Shown: in pieces, positions 33,101 to 36,192 of the stretch
How positions within the stretch are numbered: position 1 is the first letter of the stretch
Layout: each line of letters opens with the position of its first letter
Assembly: GCA_904063045.1 (NCBI GenBank)
Contig: CAJFCJ010000123.1
Coordinates: forward strand, 1 to 36,192
Source: Dimorphilus gyrociliatus
Lineage: Eukaryota; Animalia; Annelida
Reading direction: 5' to 3'
Length of the DNA stretch: 36,192 nt
The notes under the pieces: model-generated
What the model saw: the letters and a program-made list of their open reading frames with translations, nothing else
Told to the model about the DNA's origin: nothing
Database searches by the model: none
Made by a program: the position numbers and the translations under genes

Positions 33101-36032
33101 CATTATTAGTCAGAAGATTAGACAAAAGGGATAAATTACTGTGGACACCACTACCATTACTAGATAACTATAAGGAAGATAAATATGAATACGAAATACA
33201 TGTCTACACAGGAAATAAGAAAGATGGTGGCACTCAGTCCAAAGTTAAGTTAACATGTTATGGAAGTGAAGGGAGTACAGTTGATCGAACATTAGCTTCA
33301 GAGAGTGTAGTTTCCTTTGCAGCTGGATCCACTAGATCATTCATTATGGCAACATCTAAGAGTATTGGATCAATTGTTTGCATAAAAGTATCTCTTGAAC
33401 CAACAAATTTCCAGTCAAAAGAATATGATCCGTGGTTTTTAACAAGAATCATAATTATCGATAAAGTTGCTGAAAATTCTTGGTTTAGTTTTGATTGTAA
33501 CCAATGGCTATCATCTACACATGCAGATTTTCAAACGGAAAGAGTACTTGTTGCAACGAAATCAGAGATGGATTCACAATCTATTAAAGATATTAAAACA
33601 AAATTGATGGATGACCATTTATGGGTGTCTGTTGGAGCAAGAAGAACAAAATCAATATTCACAAGACTTCAAAGATTATCGGTTTGCTTTGTTGCTCTCT
33701 TTCTATCAATGATTGCAAGTTGTATGTTCTATAGAAATTCTGGAGAATCTGATGTTAAAGTTGGGTTGACATTCGGGACAGTTACATTTACAGTATATGA
33801 ATTATATGTGGGTTTAGCAAGTAGTGTTGTGGTGTTCCCTGGATTGGTTCTCATAACATTGTTGTTCAATTCAAAAAGATGGCGGAAGTATACAATCCCA
33901 ATAGGATGGGCTATAACATTTCTTACAGCAGCAACAGCAGCATTCTTTACAATTCTATATTCAATTCAATGGGGAAGAGAAAAATCATTAAAATGGTTAA
34001 TGTCATTTTTTCTGTCTTTCATACAAAGTATTATTCTTGTTCAACCAGTCAAAGTAATACTGGTTGCACTCTTGATAACATTTTTGTTTAGAAAAGATTC
34101 TAATCTTACCAAAGTTGAAGAAAATATTAAAGATTTGAAAAGATTAAGAATGAAAAATCTATCTCACATTCCTTTAGGTAAGAGAATTCTGTTAAACATG
34201 AATACTTTACATATTTCAGAATACCTAATCATTTGAACAGAATTGAACATTTATGAAAGATTGAACAAAACACTGGACAATACTCGTACTCTAAAAAATG
34301 AAAAAGTTTTAAAAGATAAGATGCACTATATGATAAAGAATATTCTTCTACATGCAATATATCTAATATTTGTTCTCTTTATATGCTACAGTAATCAGAA
34401 TCCAATGGTTTACTATCAAAATAAATCAATTTTCAATACAATACCAAATGTTAGTAGGGTGAATAATTATGAAAATTTTGGAAATGGATTGAAACTCATG
34501 CCATACCAGAAATTTATCCTACAACTCATTATAATAATAAAAATCTATCAAACTATGATCTTAAACACACAAGTGAAATGAATCATATGAGATTTTCAAG
34601 CTGTTAGATTATTTCAACTAAGAGTCAAAAGTGACAATTGCCAAATTCCTACTGGTATGGATTTAAAACAATACTTTTCAAATCGTAGCTGTTTTGGATA
34701 TTACTCAATGTCTAGTAAGCTTAATAGGAACTTTTCTGTTTTTTGGGATGATTTCAATTTTAATAGAACTCATAATGCTTTCATGTATTCGGAAAAACAT
34801 AAGGGTTATTCAATTTCATTGAGCCAAACAGCTGATAATGCAATGGAAATAGTAGATGAGCTGAAAAGGTATGGTTGGCTAGATCGTCAAACACGCTATG
34901 TCATATTAGATTTAACAATAATGAATCAAGAAATTGTCTCTCAGGTATCTTGGAAATTTGAATTCAAACCATTTGGAGGAATTATTGCAAATATTCATTG
35001 TGATTCTTTACAGCTTTATAGATATACTGGAGTTGGTGGTTTAGTGTCTCTTATATTTGAAGTTATATCTATATTAATTTGGCTCGTCTTAGTTACAATA
35101 TGCTTTTATTCTTTTATTAAGCATTCAAAAGTCCCTGGTGTACTTTTACTCGTCTCATTGGTATGTTTTCTTTGCGCCGCTCTTCTTTATATTTGGAGAA
35201 CAATAATTGGAGTAAAAGCTGTGGAAACTGTTATGAATTCCAGAAATGAATATACGGATTTATCCATATTTTTTAATGTGCACAGCTGCTTTATGATGTT
35301 TATTGCATTCTGTGGTTTCTTTGGTGAGCTGTATGTGTTGAGTTTATTAAAAATATCTAGAACAATTTCAGTTCTAGTGAGCACATTGAGAAAATCAGGC
35401 AAAGATTTAGCATTGATAGGACTGTGTAGCTGTATTATTCTTATTGGCTATGCTTGCTGGGGTTACATGATTCTCGGGAGAAATATAAATAACTATAAAA
35501 GTTTTAAATCTGCGTGTTATGCATTAATTGCAACAATTTTTGGTCATTTGGATTTTCATATATTGTCTGACGGTGCAGGATCTATGGGCAAAATCTACAT
35601 AATTTCATATGGATCTGTAATGACGTATTTAATTTTAAATGTTTTTATTACAACTTTAAATGAATTTTTAAATGCAATCAAAATTGATCCAACTGTTTTA
35701 CCAGAAGATCATCAAGTGTTTCAATATATTACTAAGAGTTTAATGAAATTATTCTTAAAGGATGATGACAAAGTAAAAACATCACATAAAGAATTTGATG
35801 ATACGACATTTAGAGGTTGCCCTTTTCATTTGTTCTTTAATGTGTATTACTTTATTTTCTTTTTGTAGCATTGTACAGTAGAATTGAAGATTTGGAGAAA
35901 ATTGCTTGCTCATGGGATTCTCCTGCAGATTTGGAATTATTTGATATAGTATTGACTACTGCAACAAATCAAGTAAATGAAATAGATTATAAAAATAGAG
36001 ATAATCCTCGAAACAGCAAACTGGACAATTAA
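10200..36032 (+). CDS. Giant polycystin-1-like (PKD1L/REJ family) receptor-channel subunit, about 33 exons, about 6,500 aa estimated; two frameshifts near 34476 and 34595
   Basis: Signal peptide MKLFTLIIIQIAFSFHFAKG at 10200. A continuous reading frame was reconstructed through about 32 GT-AG introns, covering lectin/discoidin modules, PKD repeats, REJ, GPS, TM1, PLAT, polycystin TM region and stop TAA 36030-36032. Confidence 0.88.
12666..16222 (+). CDS. PKD1L ectodomain unit 2: C-type lectin, PAN, F5/8C x3 (third split by the Tc1-containing intron)
   Basis: CPPNTIEYDNSCY...FWIGL...WQWAN...YLCE; CSYWCEHESSFECKGFAF...CLLYN; GIRLEVYGC; PLGLEN...MELYG; WWSADLG...RFIRLEF...CIRFELYG. Confidence 0.82.
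14778..16030 (-). mobile_element. Tc1-like DNA transposon with about 220-bp TIRs, internally deleted transposase, in PKD1L intron 14762-16089
   Basis: TA|CAGTCC...GGACTG|TA ends; TIRs about 14778-15000 and 15809-16030. Minus-strand ORF from ATG 15687 has an HTH region with RTGCP and IMIWAAI...YINIL...FQQD, truncated after the second Asp. Confidence 0.93.
16223..19075 (+). CDS. PKD1L ectodomain unit 3: C-type lectin, PAN, F5/8C x3
   Basis: CPPGSVRHMDKCY...YIGA...VWLDGT...AMCE; SCLNYCLSHKLCKSVSL; LQVDFQR...FRINP...IQLYG; PLGLE...YIQIDLG...GIRLEIIGC; ITLNFKRIFTITGF...YSIDSAQW. Confidence 0.8.
19124..21620 (+). CDS. PKD1L ectodomain unit 4 (partial): C-type lectin, PAN, one F5/8C
   Basis: CPPGYFLFNTKC...RLGL...FTWQDG...WINVEC...IACE; SCLMACNEEIRFLCISFFF...CILYS; LQPWVLFYF...ILQG...FAMQIELYGC. 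Interrupted by mariner intron 19930-21153. Confidence 0.82.
19969..21096 (-). mobile_element. Mariner-family (DD34D-type) element, deleted and inactive, in PKD1L intron 19930-21153
   Basis: TA-flanked TIRs TTAGGGTCA(G/C)CCTGAAAG(T/C)TTTAC. Transposase remnants KLMACVFWDREG and HPADSPDLPPSDYYLF; the middle of the N-terminal half is missing. Confidence 0.93.
20650..20856 (+). mobile_element. About 207-bp MITE with telomere-like CCCTAA repeats nested in mariner
   Basis: Perfect 21-bp inverted repeat CGACAGAAAACGTCCACAAAT at 20655-20675 / 20831-20851; internal ccctaaccctaaccc; collinear with the copy at 24319. Confidence 0.85.
21102..21133. repeat. (TA)n microsatellite next to the mariner right end
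   Basis: About 15 TA units directly visible. Confidence 0.95.
21625..22200 (+). CDS. Fibrinogen C-terminal (FReD)-like domain within PKD1L
   Basis: GDWTVLGQK...SWSDFKNGF...FWAGN...Y.ARIDI...KFFTIDSDN...C...GWW...C..SNLLG follows the FBG consensus (WTV.Q.R, W..YK.GFG, FWLGN, GGWW, C..SNLNG). Confidence 0.85.
22268..22766 (+). CDS. F-type lectin (fucolectin/FTP) domain within PKD1L
   Basis: NIAVGK.A.Q...LAIDG...C...NPWWVVNL...ITNRKDCC...L.NF.V...LCEV matches the FTLD consensus. Confidence 0.88.
22831..22992 (+). CDS. Six-cysteine EB/EGF-like module exon within PKD1L
   Basis: YGDSCESDSNCIDPYTLC...SCQCGSYTVLKNNNC, a single exon flanked by phase-1 introns. Confidence 0.6.
23110..25990 (+). CDS. 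Three Cys-containing CARDB-like beta-sandwich repeats (third after the mariner intron 23995-25573)
   Basis: Each about 140 aa, with N.N.....N(F/Y)...(I/V).(F/L)S/T-D in the middle and C....(Y/F).C...(D/N)...C near the end. The family assignment is tentative. Confidence 0.45.
24015..25515 (+). mobile_element. Near full-length degenerate mariner element (DD34D) in PKD1L intron 23995-25573
   Basis: TA-flanked TIRs TT(A/G)GGT...ATCGAAAAGTTT. Motifs WIPYDL (WVPHEL-like), VTGDESWVH, QRDNARPHT and HPP*SADLAPSDFYLF, with stops and frameshifts. About 1284 bp after removing the nested MITE and one TSD copy. Confidence 0.95.
24319..24526 (+). mobile_element. 208-bp MITE with a 9-bp target-site duplication (Mutator- or Merlin-like), nested in mariner
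   Basis: GTAAGAAAA directly repeated at 24310-24318 and 24527-24535; TIR GGATACGACAGAAAACGGCCCCAA / TTGGGGCCGTTTTCTGTTGATCCC. Removing it restores the transposase frame SEDSVRKWAIK. Confidence 0.92.
26030..29812 (+). CDS. Array of about 13 PKD-type Ig-like repeats inside the 5-kb exon 25574-30581
   Basis: Recurrent ITFGDG, ISFGDG, VDFGDG and LDYGDG motifs followed by H/Y-x-Y...G-x-Y-x-V...N, alternating with PT(N/D)V-x-C...C-x-N-x-VS repeats. Confidence 0.9.
29813..31486 (+). CDS. REJ module of PKD1L
   Basis: CYSPN...YKWTV...LDYGKY...SFDPD...FKWHC...C.KNC...VNKPPFGGKCNCQP..G....T.F.I.C.GW...Y.Y...LP.GD, typical of REJ; intron 30582-30636. Confidence 0.88.
32098..33125 (+). CDS. GAIN/GPS region and first TM helix of PKD1L
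   Basis: SCKMWKENKW...ACTI...TSNLFASLGAGLDMAPNLINF, followed by NAAVFGTICSLIILFIPFALLVRRLDKRD. Confidence 0.85.
33175..33555 (+). CDS. PLAT/LH2 domain of PKD1L
   Basis: YEYEIHVYTG...GGTQSKVKL...YG..G...F..GS...F...IG.I..I.V...PWFL..I.I.D...F.CNQWLS. Confidence 0.92.
33600..35780 (+). CDS. Polycystin transmembrane region, TOP domain and TRPP-like channel module
   Basis: HLWVSV...FTRLQRLSVCF; WG..KS.KWL.SF..S...S....QP.K; VRLFQLRVK..C; L....WLDRQTR.V; S5-pore-S6 with YKSFKSA...IFGHLDF...LNVFITTLNE. Two frameshifts lie at about 34476 and 34595. Confidence 0.9.
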
Positions 36033-36192
36033 TGAGTATATTTGAAAATTCAAAGGATAACAAATCAAAATGTTTAGATTTCTAAATGTATTGCAATTTG
36101 TTGCATTTGATGAAAAAGGATTTATCAATATATATAATAGAATACATTATTTCAAACATGACGTTATTTGTACTGTTACAAAACCAACACAC

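Noticed and set aside
13325-35402. Many 60-100 aa antisense ORFs overlapping PKD1L exons (e.g. 13325, 14037, 23201, 27705, 31177, 32847, 35187)
   Set aside because: Shadows of the sense coding frame, with no motifs or splice support.
1-36192. Prokaryotic systems (CRISPR arrays, operons, defence islands), rRNA or tRNA genes
   Set aside because: Spliceosomal gene structure throughout; no regularly spaced direct repeats or structured RNA gene signatures were seen.

Overview
AT-rich eukaryotic (metazoan) genomic DNA with very short GT-AG introns, mostly about 50-80 bp. This suggests a compact invertebrate genome such as a miniaturised annelid, but that is inference and the taxon cannot be determined here. 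Two large receptor genes lie head-to-head. (1) Minus strand, 1552-7443: an LGR type-C/GRL101-like GPCR (signal peptide, two SRCR-like/CTL-like pairs, 6 LDLa, LRRs, hinge, 7TM), with a 140-N assembly gap over TM3-TM4. (2) Plus strand, 10200-36032: a giant polycystin-1-like gene of about 33 exons and about 6,500 aa by hand reconstruction. Its ectodomain is [C-type lectin - PAN - F5/8C x3] three times, a partial fourth unit, then fibrinogen-C, F-type lectin, EB, three CARDB-like repeats, 13 alternating PKD-type repeats, REJ and GAIN/GPS. These are followed by TM1, PLAT and the polycystin channel. The GPS lacks the HL|T cleavage triad but an RRRR|S furin-type site lies upstream. The TOP domain has two mutually compensating 1-bp frameshifts (assembly error or pseudogenisation). 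Each of the three large introns is a mini-intron swollen by one Tc1/mariner element. A roughly 200-bp MITE family with telomere-like CCCTAA repeats and a 9-bp TSD occurs three times plus one solo end, twice nested in mariner transposase genes. A Ty3/Gypsy pol remnant starts the window. All gene models are manual; no database searches were run.
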